Translations under genes and position numbers: made by a program
The notes under the pieces: generated by a model
What the model was told of the DNA's origin: nothing
What the model saw: the letters and a program-made list of their open reading frames with translations, nothing else
Databases searched by the model: none
Source: Dudresnaya verticillata
Lineage: Eukaryota
DNA: 64,000 bases
Direction: 5' to 3'
Assembly (NCBI GenBank): GCA_977862235.1
Contig: OZ374565.1
Coordinates: 2,356,001-2,420,000, forward strand
In this document: positions 11,460-21,849 of the stretch, one piece after another
Layout: each line of letters starts with the position of its first letter
How positions within the stretch are numbered: position 1 is the stretch's first letter

Positions 11460-12548
11460 TTTTATTTTTTTGCACCTCATTCCTTCCTCCCCGCCGCCCT
11501 CTGCGTACATTGCTGCCTTGCATACCTCTCCCACAGAATCCCCGACCCACTGCCTCTGTACAGCGTATTCTTTTCACTCGCACTTTTCCCCTTTTCTTGT
11601 AAGTGGGAGGGAGTCTGAGAGTGTTTGCAGGTGTCTAGGGGTTGTTTAGGGTTAGGTCTAGGGTTAGTTTGGTTACTGTGGTACGCGAGGGGCATGATAT
11701 TGGGAGGGTAAAGGGTCTAGTGTTGGTGCATGGAATGAATCATGGTGGTGGAAGGAATGGATCAGTGTGGTGGATGAATTGGATTTAGGGACATAGAATT
11801 GGATTAGATTTAGTACCCAGAAGATTGGATCAAGGATCACCACAATCGGATCAAGTCTGGTGGCTGGGGTGAGGGTGGCTTGGACGTTTGTGCTCATAAC
11901 TTTGGAACGGCTGGGGCTAGGGAGCTGCTCAGTAGCTGAATCGAAGCGTCTCGTTGCTGCGCATTGCGTAGCGCTCTTACCCTCCTAAATCGACTTTTTG
12001 GCGCGTTTCTATGGTGCAAAACGTCCCCACGGGCCGTCGGCAGCTTTTGAGCAGATCAAATAGGGGTTTGGGGCATGTATGGTTATGGGTGGGTTTAGGG
12101 GTGTTAGGGATGTGTCATTTTAACGCGTTTAGGAGTGTAGGGAGTGGGAATGAAAGTAGTAAGGATGAGGAAATGGAAAGGGAAGGATGAGAAAGTATAG
12201 TACAATGCAGTAATACAAATCACGGAATGCATCAGGTTGGGATCCAATAAGGGTGGATGGATTGGATCAACGGAAGTCAAGGCGTTATAGGATTGGATCT
12301 AGGGGCTCTGTAAATTAGATTGGGTGCTGGTTTCATTGAACCAAGGGGTCAGAACGTCCATGAGCTGGTTGACTGTATTTATATTGAATCCTGCGTTTAG
12401 AGTAAATGGTATACGGTTATGGGTCATTACTTTAATGCTCCACGTGTACACTACAGTCGGATGGACATTGGACGCAGGAGTCTTTAGTCGATGACGGGGA
12501 GTGCAGTTGATGGCGCATTTAAATAGGGGTACGGCGGGAACAGCAAGC

Positions 12549-12668
12549 ACATTCGGCCATACTACGCAGACATGCTCCGTATCCCATCCCGAACTGCGAA
12601 GATAAGTCTCGTCAGGCTGGTTTAGTACTGAGGTGAGGGATCACTCTGGAATCGCCAGTGCCGAATGT
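12549..12668 (+). rRNA. 5S rRNA
   Basis: Copy of 4086-4205. Confidence 0.97.
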
Positions 12669-13757
12669 TTTTATTTTTTTGCACCTCATTCCTTCCTCCC
12701 CGCCGCCCTCTGCGTACATTGCTGCCTTGCATACCTCTCCCACAGAATCCCCGACCCACTGCCTCTGTACAGCGTATTCTTTTCACTCGCACTTTTCCCC
12801 TTTTCTTGTAAGTGGGAGGGAGTCTGAGAGTGTTTGCAGGTGTCTAGGGGTTGTTTAGGGTTAGGTCTAGGGTTAGTTTGGTTACTGTGGTACGCGAGGG
12901 GCATGATATTGGGAGGGTAAAGGGTCTAGTGTTGGTGCATGGAATGAATCATGGTGGTGGAAGGAATGGATCAGTGTGGTGGATGAATTGGATTTAGGGA
13001 CATAGAATTGGATTAGATTTAGTACCCAGAAGATTGGATCAAGGATCACCACAATCGGATCAAGTCTGGTGGCTGGGGTGAGGGTGGCTTGGACGTTTGT
13101 GCTCATAACTTTGGAACGGCTGGGGCTAGGGAGCTGCTCAGTAGCTGAATCGAAGCGTCTCGTTGCTGCGCATTGCGTAGCGCTCTTACCCTCCTAAATC
13201 GACTTTTTGGCGCGTTTCTATGGTGCAAAACGTCCCCACGGGCCGTCGGCAGCTTTTGAGCAGATCAAATAGGGGTTTGGGGCATGTATGGTTATGGGTG
13301 GGTTTAGGGGTGTTAGGGATGTGTCATTTTAACGCGTTTAGGAGTGTAGGGAGTGGGAATGAAAGTAGTAAGGATGAGGAAATGGAAAGGGAAGGATGAG
13401 AAAGTATAGTACAATGCAGTAATACAAATCACGGAATGCATCAGGTTGGGATCCAATAAGGGTGGATGGATTGGATCAACGGAAGTCAAGGCGTTATAGG
13501 ATTGGATCTAGGGGCTCTGTAAATTAGATTGGGTGCTGGTTTCATTGAACCAAGGGGTCAGAACGTCCATGAGCTGGTTGACTGTATTTATATTGAATCC
13601 TGCGTTTAGAGTAAATGGTATACGGTTATGGGTCATTACTTTAATGCTCCACGTGTACACTACAGTCGGATGGACATTGGACGCAGGAGTCTTTAGTCGA
13701 TGACGGGGAGTGCAGTTGATGGCGCATTTAAATAGGGGTACGGCGGGAACAGCAAGC

Positions 13758-13877
13758 ACATTCGGCCATACTACGCAGACATGCTCCGTATCCCATCCCG
13801 AACTGCGAAGATAAGTCTCGTCAGGCTGGTTTAGTACTGAGGTGAGGGATCACTCTGGAATCGCCAGTGCCGAATGT
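13758..13877 (+). rRNA. 5S rRNA
   Basis: Copy of 4086-4205. Confidence 0.97.
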
Positions 13878-14966
13878 TTTTATTTTTTTGCACCTCATTC
13901 CTTCCTCCCCGCCGCCCTCTGCGTACATTGCTGCCTTGCATACCTCTCCCACAGAATCCCCGACCCACTGCCTCTGTACAGCGTATTCTTTTCACTCGCA
14001 CTTTTCCCCTTTTCTTGTAAGTGGGAGGGAGTCTGAGAGTGTTTGCAGGTGTCTAGGGGTTGTTTAGGGTTAGGTCTAGGGTTAGTTTGGTTACTGTGGT
14101 ACGCGAGGGGCATGATATTGGGAGGGTAAAGGGTCTAGTGTTGGTGCATGGAATGAATCATGGTGGTGGAAGGAATGGATCAGTGTGGTGGATGAATTGG
14201 ATTTAGGGACATAGAATTGGATTAGATTTAGTACCCAGAAGATTGGATCAAGGATCACCACAATCGGATCAAGTCTGGTGGCTGGGGTGAGGGTGGCTTG
14301 GACGTTTGTGCTCATAACTTTGGAACGGCTGGGGCTAGGGAGCTGCTCAGTAGCTGAATCGAAGCGTCTCGTTGCTGCGCATTGCGTAGCGCTCTTACCC
14401 TCCTAAATCGACTTTTTGGCGCGTTTCTATGGTGCAAAACGTCCCCACGGGCCGTCGGCAGCTTTTGAGCAGATCAAATAGGGGTTTGGGGCATGTATGG
14501 TTATGGGTGGGTTTAGGGGTGTTAGGGATGTGTCATTTTAACGCGTTTAGGAGTGTAGGGAGTGGGAATGAAAGTAGTAAGGATGAGGAAATGGAAAGGG
14601 AAGGATGAGAAAGTATAGTACAATGCAGTAATACAAATCACGGAATGCATCAGGTTGGGATCCAATAAGGGTGGATGGATTGGATCAACGGAAGTCAAGG
14701 CGTTATAGGATTGGATCTAGGGGCTCTGTAAATTAGATTGGGTGCTGGTTTCATTGAACCAAGGGGTCAGAACGTCCATGAGCTGGTTGACTGTATTTAT
14801 ATTGAATCCTGCGTTTAGAGTAAATGGTATACGGTTATGGGTCATTACTTTAATGCTCCACGTGTACACTACAGTCGGATGGACATTGGACGCAGGAGTC
14901 TTTAGTCGATGACGGGGAGTGCAGTTGATGGCGCATTTAAATAGGGGTACGGCGGGAACAGCAAGC

Positions 14967-15086
14967 ACATTCGGCCATACTACGCAGACATGCTCCGTAT
15001 CCCATCCCGAACTGCGAAGATAAGTCTCGTCAGGCTGGTTTAGTACTGAGGTGAGGGATCACTCTGGAATCGCCAGTGCCGAATGT
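14967..15086 (+). rRNA. 5S rRNA
   Basis: Copy of 4086-4205. Confidence 0.97.
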
Positions 15087-16175
15087 TTTTATTTTTTTGC
15101 ACCTCATTCCTTCCTCCCCGCCGCCCTCTGCGTACATTGCTGCCTTGCATACCTCTCCCACAGAATCCCCGACCCACTGCCTCTGTACAGCGTATTCTTT
15201 TCACTCGCACTTTTCCCCTTTTCTTGTAAGTGGGAGGGAGTCTGAGAGTGTTTGCAGGTGTCTAGGGGTTGTTTAGGGTTAGGTCTAGGGTTAGTTTGGT
15301 TACTGTGGTACGCGAGGGGCATGATATTGGGAGGGTAAAGGGTCTAGTGTTGGTGCATGGAATGAATCATGGTGGTGGAAGGAATGGATCAGTGTGGTGG
15401 ATGAATTGGATTTAGGGACATAGAATTGGATTAGATTTAGTACCCAGAAGATTGGATCAAGGATCACCACAATCGGATCAAGTCTGGTGGCTGGGGTGAG
15501 GGTGGCTTGGACGTTTGTGCTCATAACTTTGGAACGGCTGGGGCTAGGGAGCTGCTCAGTAGCTGAATCGAAGCGTCTCGTTGCTGCGCATTGCGTAGCG
15601 CTCTTACCCTCCTAAATCGACTTTTTGGCGCGTTTCTATGGTGCAAAACGTCCCCACGGGCCGTCGGCAGCTTTTGAGCAGATCAAATAGGGGTTTGGGG
15701 CATGTATGGTTATGGGTGGGTTTAGGGGTGTTAGGGATGTGTCATTTTAACGCGTTTAGGAGTGTAGGGAGTGGGAATGAAAGTAGTAAGGATGAGGAAA
15801 TGGAAAGGGAAGGATGAGAAAGTATAGTACAATGCAGTAATACAAATCACGGAATGCATCAGGTTGGGATCCAATAAGGGTGGATGGATTGGATCAACGG
15901 AAGTCAAGGCGTTATAGGATTGGATCTAGGGGCTCTGTAAATTAGATTGGGTGCTGGTTTCATTGAACCAAGGGGTCAGAACGTCCATGAGCTGGTTGAC
16001 TGTATTTATATTGAATCCTGCGTTTAGAGTAAATGGTATACGGTTATGGGTCATTACTTTAATGCTCCACGTGTACACTACAGTCGGATGGACATTGGAC
16101 GCAGGAGTCTTTAGTCGATGACGGGGAGTGCAGTTGATGGCGCATTTAAATAGGGGTACGGCGGGAACAGCAAGC

Positions 16176-16295
16176 ACATTCGGCCATACTACGCAGACAT
16201 GCTCCGTATCCCATCCCGAACTGCGAAGATAAGTCTCGTCAGGCTGGTTTAGTACTGAGGTGAGGGATCACTCTGGAATCGCCAGTGCCGAATGT
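16176..16295 (+). rRNA. 5S rRNA
   Basis: Copy of 4086-4205. Confidence 0.97.
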
Positions 16296-17384
16296 TTTTA
16301 TTTTTTTGCACCTCATTCCTTCCTCCCCGCCGCCCTCTGCGTACATTGCTGCCTTGCATACCTCTCCCACAGAATCCCCGACCCACTGCCTCTGTACAGC
16401 GTATTCTTTTCACTCGCACTTTTCCCCTTTTCTTGTAAGTGGGAGGGAGTCTGAGAGTGTTTGCAGGTGTCTAGGGGTTGTTTAGGGTTAGGTCTAGGGT
16501 TAGTTTGGTTACTGTGGTACGCGAGGGGCATGATATTGGGAGGGTAAAGGGTCTAGTGTTGGTGCATGGAATGAATCATGGTGGTGGAAGGAATGGATCA
16601 GTGTGGTGGATGAATTGGATTTAGGGACATAGAATTGGATTAGATTTAGTACCCAGAAGATTGGATCAAGGATCACCACAATCGGATCAAGTCTGGTGGC
16701 TGGGGTGAGGGTGGCTTGGACGTTTGTGCTCATAACTTTGGAACGGCTGGGGCTAGGGAGCTGCTCAGTAGCTGAATCGAAGCGTCTCGTTGCTGCGCAT
16801 TGCGTAGCGCTCTTACCCTCCTAAATCGACTTTTTGGCGCGTTTCTATGGTGCAAAACGTCCCCACGGGCCGTCGGCAGCTTTTGAGCAGATCAAATAGG
16901 GGTTTGGGGCATGTATGGTTATGGGTGGGTTTAGGGGTGTTAGGGATGTGTCATTTTAACGCGTTTAGGAGTGTAGGGAGTGGGAATGAAAGTAGTAAGG
17001 ATGAGGAAATGGAAAGGGAAGGATGAGAAAGTATAGTACAATGCAGTAATACAAATCACGGAATGCATCAGGTTGGGATCCAATAAGGGTGGATGGATTG
17101 GATCAACGGAAGTCAAGGCGTTATAGGATTGGATCTAGGGGCTCTGTAAATTAGATTGGGTGCTGGTTTCATTGAACCAAGGGGTCAGAACGTCCATGAG
17201 CTGGTTGACTGTATTTATATTGAATCCTGCGTTTAGAGTAAATGGTATACGGTTATGGGTCATTACTTTAATGCTCCACGTGTACACTACAGTCGGATGG
17301 ACATTGGACGCAGGAGTCTTTAGTCGATGACGGGGAGTGCAGTTGATGGCGCATTTAAATAGGGGTACGGCGGGAACAGCAAGC

Positions 17385-17473
17385 ACATTCGGCCATACTA
17401 CGCAGACATGCTCCGTATCCCATCCCGAACTGCGAAGATAAGTCTCGTCAGGCTGGTTTAGTACTGAGGTGAG
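17385..17473 (+). pseudogene. 5' fragment (nt 1-89) of the 5S gene interrupted by element copy 2
   Basis: Matches 5S through ...agtactgaggtgag, then switches to element sequence ttcaactttataacagg. Confidence 0.95.
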
Positions 17474-17574
17474 TTCAACTTTATAACAGGTGACCATATT
17501 CTAATATTTGTCGACGTACAATCTACTGTAGTATCACAACAAAGTTAAACCCCAACTCAAAACAACCTGCACAT

Positions 17575-20500
17575 CTACACCTCCTGTTGGATCCCTTCCA
17601 TCAGGCACTTGACGTTGTTCTGCACCAGTCGCGCCGCGTGCCTGTGGAACAGAGCCGCTCGCGAAACACCGCGAGTTACCATGGCCCGAGAAGCCACGGT
17701 ATCCGCCAACTCTTGCATATACTTGTGCGCCTCCGGGTGCCAGCCACCTAGTGTGGTCATCGGCACCGGCACAAGCCTTGCCCCCGGTCCGGCAGCCTGG
17801 ATGAAGCCACGGTAAGTCCGCACCTTGTCAGCGTGGGCGTTCTTCAGCGTCCCTTGCGGGTTTGTTATGCAGCTGAGAATGCGTTGTTCTGACGACAGTG
17901 GATGACTGATTGTGACGTCCAGGTAGTCCGTTCCTCCTTCTGTTCCAAGCGCCTTGATGTCCGGCCGATCCAAGTGAGCCCCCACAGGGCGGGGCTCCAC
18001 AATCGGGGTGCGTGTCGCACGTTTCAGATCCGAAGCCAGCAGACGAACCTGAGAGTCGTGGCGCCACGACCGAGGAGATCCGCTGTTCCGCATGCCGTTC
18101 GGACAAATCAGCAGATGGTCGCCGTGAACATCCATCATCTTCTTGCACCCGGCCCGAGGACACTCCGTGTCGGGTTCCAGCAGTGGAATCCGACAGTAGA
18201 ATCGAAGCCATACGCGGTAGTCCCGATCCGCAATGTACGTCTTCATGCCTGGTGCCGGCTGGCACTTGAGCCAGTCCTTGGCGCCCGGCACGCCAAGGGA
18301 AGCTCGGAAAGCTTGCGTCCGCCTGTCCCCGAGCGGCAGCTCGGCTTGCACTTTCTTCAGAACCAACCGCGTCAAGTCCCGCTGGCGCGGGCACTCGTCG
18401 CTGTCGATCTTCTCCAGGTCCAGGGCATCCTCACTATGGCACTTGGCGCTCCAGTCTTCGTGCGCTTCTACTGCAAAAGGATCGTCAGAAAGAGCAGTGT
18501 TCACAGAAGCGGGTAAGATAGAACGCAGTAAGTTGCGGGTCAGTGAAAGGGACGCCAAAAACGCGCTCGAGTTCATGTCGCCAGCTCCCGAAATACCGAT
18601 TCCGAAGCTGGGCTCTTTCGTGCGCAGGGGAAGCTGAAGTTCGCGGAAGGTGTCCCTCGGTAGGACTCCTCCCACGAGCTTGCGCATGCAAGCCTCAATC
18701 TTCTGGTCGAAGAGCTCGGCGCCCTTTGCCGTGGCGGATGATGGAACTACTCGCAGCAGGTAGTTCAGCCGGCAGACTCCGGCACAGTTGCGGAGTAGAG
18801 TGATGGCCACGTGTAGGTCTTCTAGTCCCGAAATTGCGTCCAGCAGGGGCTGGATGGACTCGACATGGCCATTCACGCTCTCCTCCATGTAGTTCTGCGT
18901 TCCAATCGGAGCCTGAAGTACTGTAGTGCCTTCTCCGTAGCTCTGCCCAAGATCCGACGGGTAGGCAGCGCAGTCTTCTGGGTCGGGTGCAGTAGGCCAC
19001 CAAACAGTACACTTGTCCATGCGCAGGTGGAAGCCATAGCCCTTAGCTTCCTCGGAGTCAAAGAAGGACAGAACCTTCCTGAGTACGGCGTGTTTCGCCA
19101 CGATGACGCCGTCGTCCAGGTAGAACAGTGACAGCAGCAAGTTGTTCGCCCCCTCCGCTTGCTGATTGCGGCCCGAGCGCCGCAGGTCGGCGGTGAGTTC
19201 CTTCAACTGTTTGATCAGTGCCTGCAGCACCAAAGCAAACAGTAACGGCCCGAGCGGGTCACCTTGCTGTACACCAGTGACACTCCGCAGTAGAGTGTCA
19301 CCCATCCACAGGTGCGGGCCCTCAGAGTCATAACAGTATCTGACCCACGGTAGTAGTTCAGGCATATGTCGGCGGACCTCCTTCATGAATGCTTTGCGGC
19401 TGACAAGGTTGAAGGCATTCTTCAAGTCCACTTGTAGCAACCCGTAGGACTTGTCATGGCCGTGAGACTTCTGCAGCTTCCGGACCGCGTGTACAATGGC
19501 TTCTGTGCCGCCCGAGGTTGCGACCCCGAGCTGAAGCGGTTCGAGGTATGCCTTGGCCTTGGGAGCGACTCTGGTCATGAGCATAGAGCTCACGAGTCGT
19601 CGGATTGTCTCTCCTACAGCAATGGGGCGGACACCGCCGGTGCGCTTCTTCAGAGCCGTGAGAGGAGCGCTGGCAATCCAAGGCGACAGCTCCGCAGGTC
19701 CTGCGCCGCTGGCCAGCACGTTGACCATTTTGGTGAGCCCGCCAAGCAGGCCCGTGTGCTCGTGAGTGGTCGGGACTGAGAGCAGTTCCTGCAGATGCGT
19801 CGGTGATAGTCCTGTTCCCCCCGAGGCCGAAGCCCGGGGGAACTTGGCCACTGCTTTTCGTACTTCGTCGGCTGTGAAAGGCACGAAGTCAGGCATGGTC
19901 GGCAGCGGTTCGGACTGGTCAAGCTCGTGGTCCGCGTCGGTTTGCGGTACGGACTGCGGGTGCTTGTCCTTCATGGACTGTATCACAGAGTCTGTGGCTG
20001 GGGCGATTCCATCAGAGTCTAGAGCTGCTGCTGCCTTACTGTAGGCGCCCTCCTTTGCAAGGCGAAGGGCTCGTGAGGCATTGATACGGCGTTGCTCTTC
20101 TGCGGAAGGCGCAGTCTGCTCACGGAATGTCGAGCCCTTCAAGGCCTCCTGCCATAGGGCGTCGTAATCCTTGAGTCCCCAGCGTCGGATTCGATCGCGG
20201 AAGGTGCCGATCGAGGACGCAGAGGTTGACGCGCTGGCCCTTGCACTCGCCGCGGGAGGATTGGACAAGACGGCTGCTGGAAAAAGCAGGAATGCAGTGA
20301 GCTCTTTGGTGGCTTCCTGAGAGTTGGTTGTGTTCGTAAAAGCCCATACCGTCTTGGACAGTGCGTCGCGCACCTCGGCGCGGACGCGAGACGGTATATG
20401 TGTGACCATAGGGATATGCGAGCGACAGATGTCTTCGACCGCCGGCAGAAGCTGCCCTCCTGGACCCCGCGCAACGGGTGGGGTTTGCGCAGTTGGTACC

Positions 20501-21063
20501 TCTCGAGTAGCAGGTACCGGTGCAGGAGGCGGCTCCTGGCTGTCCGGGATTCGTCGCGGGGCTGGCAGGATATCGTCCGCTGGCTCGCCGTCCTCGGGTT
20601 GCGTCTCCGTGACCGCGTCCAGAGCAGGAGACTGTGATGGCGCGGCTACAGTTTCTTCACGGCTCGGTGTCGTCAATTGGTTGGACGGGACGTGGGAGAA
20701 CGCCGGAGTGCGAGTAGCGGGACATGCGCTGCAATTCTTGTACCGCATACTGTACATGCCTTCACTGTTCATGCGGGAGCTACAGTGGGTGGGCATGTAC
20801 TTGTTGTGAGTCACACAGTACCATACTCCATAGTCCAGGAGCTGCTGCTTGAGAGGCTCGATGTCGGTCCTCGTCGGTGGTCCTCGCCTGCCAGGAACAT
20901 GCATCTTCCGCAGGTGCATGAGTAGCGCTTCTACAGTAGGCAGTGAGGACGACTGGCAGCCCAGAGGACAGCTGGTACTGTTTGTCGGGCGGTGTTTTGC
21001 CGAAGGCATAAAGCATGGAGAGAGCCATACCTTCGGCATGTCGGGGTGCTGCTGACCAATCAT
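17575..21063 (-). CDS. Non-LTR retrotransposon polyprotein (zinc fingers, reverse transcriptase, CCHC knuckle, restriction-like endonuclease), 1162 aa
   Basis: C2H2 finger C32-x3-C-x13-H-x4-H. RT motifs GVRPIAVGETIRRL, QLGV..GGTEAIVH, VDLKNAFN, GVQQGDPLGPLLF and YLDD. Knuckle CPRAGC-x9-H-x3-C, RHD, and endonuclease RPDI...LDVTI...KVRTY. Confidence 0.96.
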   Translation of the reverse strand: MIGQQHPDMPKVWLSPCFMPSAKHRPTNSTSCPLGCQSSSLPTVEALLMHLRKMHVPGRRGPPTRTDIEPLKQQLLDYGVWYCVTHNKYMPTHCSSRMNSEGMYSMRYKNCSACPATRTPAFSHVPSNQLTTPSREETVAAPSQSPALDAVTETQPEDGEPADDILPAPRRIPDSQEPPPAPVPATREVPTAQTPPVARGPGGQLLPAVEDICRSHIPMVTHIPSRVRAEVRDALSKTVWAFTNTTNSQEATKELTAFLLFPAAVLSNPPAASARASASTSASSIGTFRDRIRRWGLKDYDALWQEALKGSTFREQTAPSAEEQRRINASRALRLAKEGAYSKAAAALDSDGIAPATDSVIQSMKDKHPQSVPQTDADHELDQSEPLPTMPDFVPFTADEVRKAVAKFPRASASGGTGLSPTHLQELLSVPTTHEHTGLLGGLTKMVNVLASGAGPAELSPWIASAPLTALKKRTGGVRPIAVGETIRRLVSSMLMTRVAPKAKAYLEPLQLGVATSGGTEAIVHAVRKLQKSHGHDKSYGLLQVDLKNAFNLVSRKAFMKEVRRHMPELLPWVRYCYDSEGPHLWMGDTLLRSVTGVQQGDPLGPLLFALVLQALIKQLKELTADLRRSGRNQQAEGANNLLLSLFYLDDGVIVAKHAVLRKVLSFFDSEEAKGYGFHLRMDKCTVWWPTAPDPEDCAAYPSDLGQSYGEGTTVLQAPIGTQNYMEESVNGHVESIQPLLDAISGLEDLHVAITLLRNCAGVCRLNYLLRVVPSSATAKGAELFDQKIEACMRKLVGGVLPRDTFRELQLPLRTKEPSFGIGISGAGDMNSSAFLASLSLTRNLLRSILPASVNTALSDDPFAVEAHEDWSAKCHSEDALDLEKIDSDECPRQRDLTRLVLKKVQAELPLGDRRTQAFRASLGVPGAKDWLKCQPAPGMKTYIADRDYRVWLRFYCRIPLLEPDTECPRAGCKKMMDVHGDHLLICPNGMRNSGSPRSWRHDSQVRLLASDLKRATRTPIVEPRPVGAHLDRPDIKALGTEGGTDYLDVTISHPLSSEQRILSCITNPQGTLKNAHADKVRTYRGFIQAAGPGARLVPVPMTTLGGWHPEAHKYMQELADTVASRAMVTRGVSRAALFHRHAARLVQNNVKCLMEGIQQEV

Positions 21064-21803
21064 GGTTACAGCGCTGGGTAAGGTACCTGTAAAGGTCCTC
21101 TACAGTAGGTTCCCACGGGGCACAGGCCTCCTAACCGGGACGCAAGCCTGTCGTCCGTCGTCAGTCTGTTCGGGACACCTCCAGAGGGTGCTACAGGTGG
21201 CCTTGCTGCGAGATGAGGGCCTCTTCGCAGCGTAGGGCGCGAGATCGCGCACTTTGCGCACGAGCTCGCGCAAAAGGGCGCGCGTGTTAGCGTTCGTGCG
21301 CGCAGAGTTATCGGACGTTCCCTTCCCTGCCGCAGCTGAGAAGACTCTCTTCACTGCGGTCCTGTAACGCGCGGTACTTCTCGTTTGCACAAGCTCTCAA
21401 TGGGGTCGCAGAACCACCGTTTACCTGTGAGTGCCCACAGGATTTTTGGCCTCCCCCGAAGGTTCGCTGGCAGGACGTTCGCTCGATCTTAGAAGGGGTG
21501 GTTTCAAAACAGGATCCACCAGGCTTAAGCCACGTTACCCCAACTTCGACGTTGCTTGGCACGTTTCTGCGATGAGCTTGTGGGTCACGAGCCGCCTACC
21601 ACTCAAGGTCGAGGGTCTTTGGCGATTCCCACACTTGTAGGTCTCTCGGCACTTCCCGAAGGAAGATTTTACAGGACAAGCCTGGCCTTTACCAATCTGT
21701 CAGTTGAAGGGTGTGAAACCCCTCTGTCGACAGTCCACGGCAGCCTAGACAGAGTCTAGGCTGTGCCGGGTACAAGCAAAACGCGTACAGGGCCAGGGAA
21801 AGA

Positions 21804-21849
21804 AAGATAAGTCAGTGGGGCCCGGGCAAATTTCAAGGTGAGGGATCAC
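21804..21849 (+). promoter_or_regulatory. 5S internal-control-region mimic in element 5' UTR, copy 2
   Basis: Box A match 21804-21813 and box C match 21836-21849. Confidence 0.65.

Larger units (their letters stand above)
2956..17473 (+). repeat. 5S rDNA tandem array block A: 1209-bp units, 12 spacers, 11 intact genes
   Basis: Identical sequence and identical ORF-track entries recur every 1209 bp (2961, 4170 ... 16260). Confidence 0.98.

Noticed and set aside
17609..21055. Many 60-204 aa ORFs overlapping the RT ORF on both strands
   Set aside because: Shadow frames of a GC-rich coding sequence with no motifs; several change length between copies.
17575..21063. Group II intron, retron, DGR or telomerase RT
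   Set aside because: The YLDD RT has a CCHC knuckle and PD..D..K endonuclease and is flanked by target-site duplications, which fits an RLE non-LTR element. No group II intron boundaries are seen.
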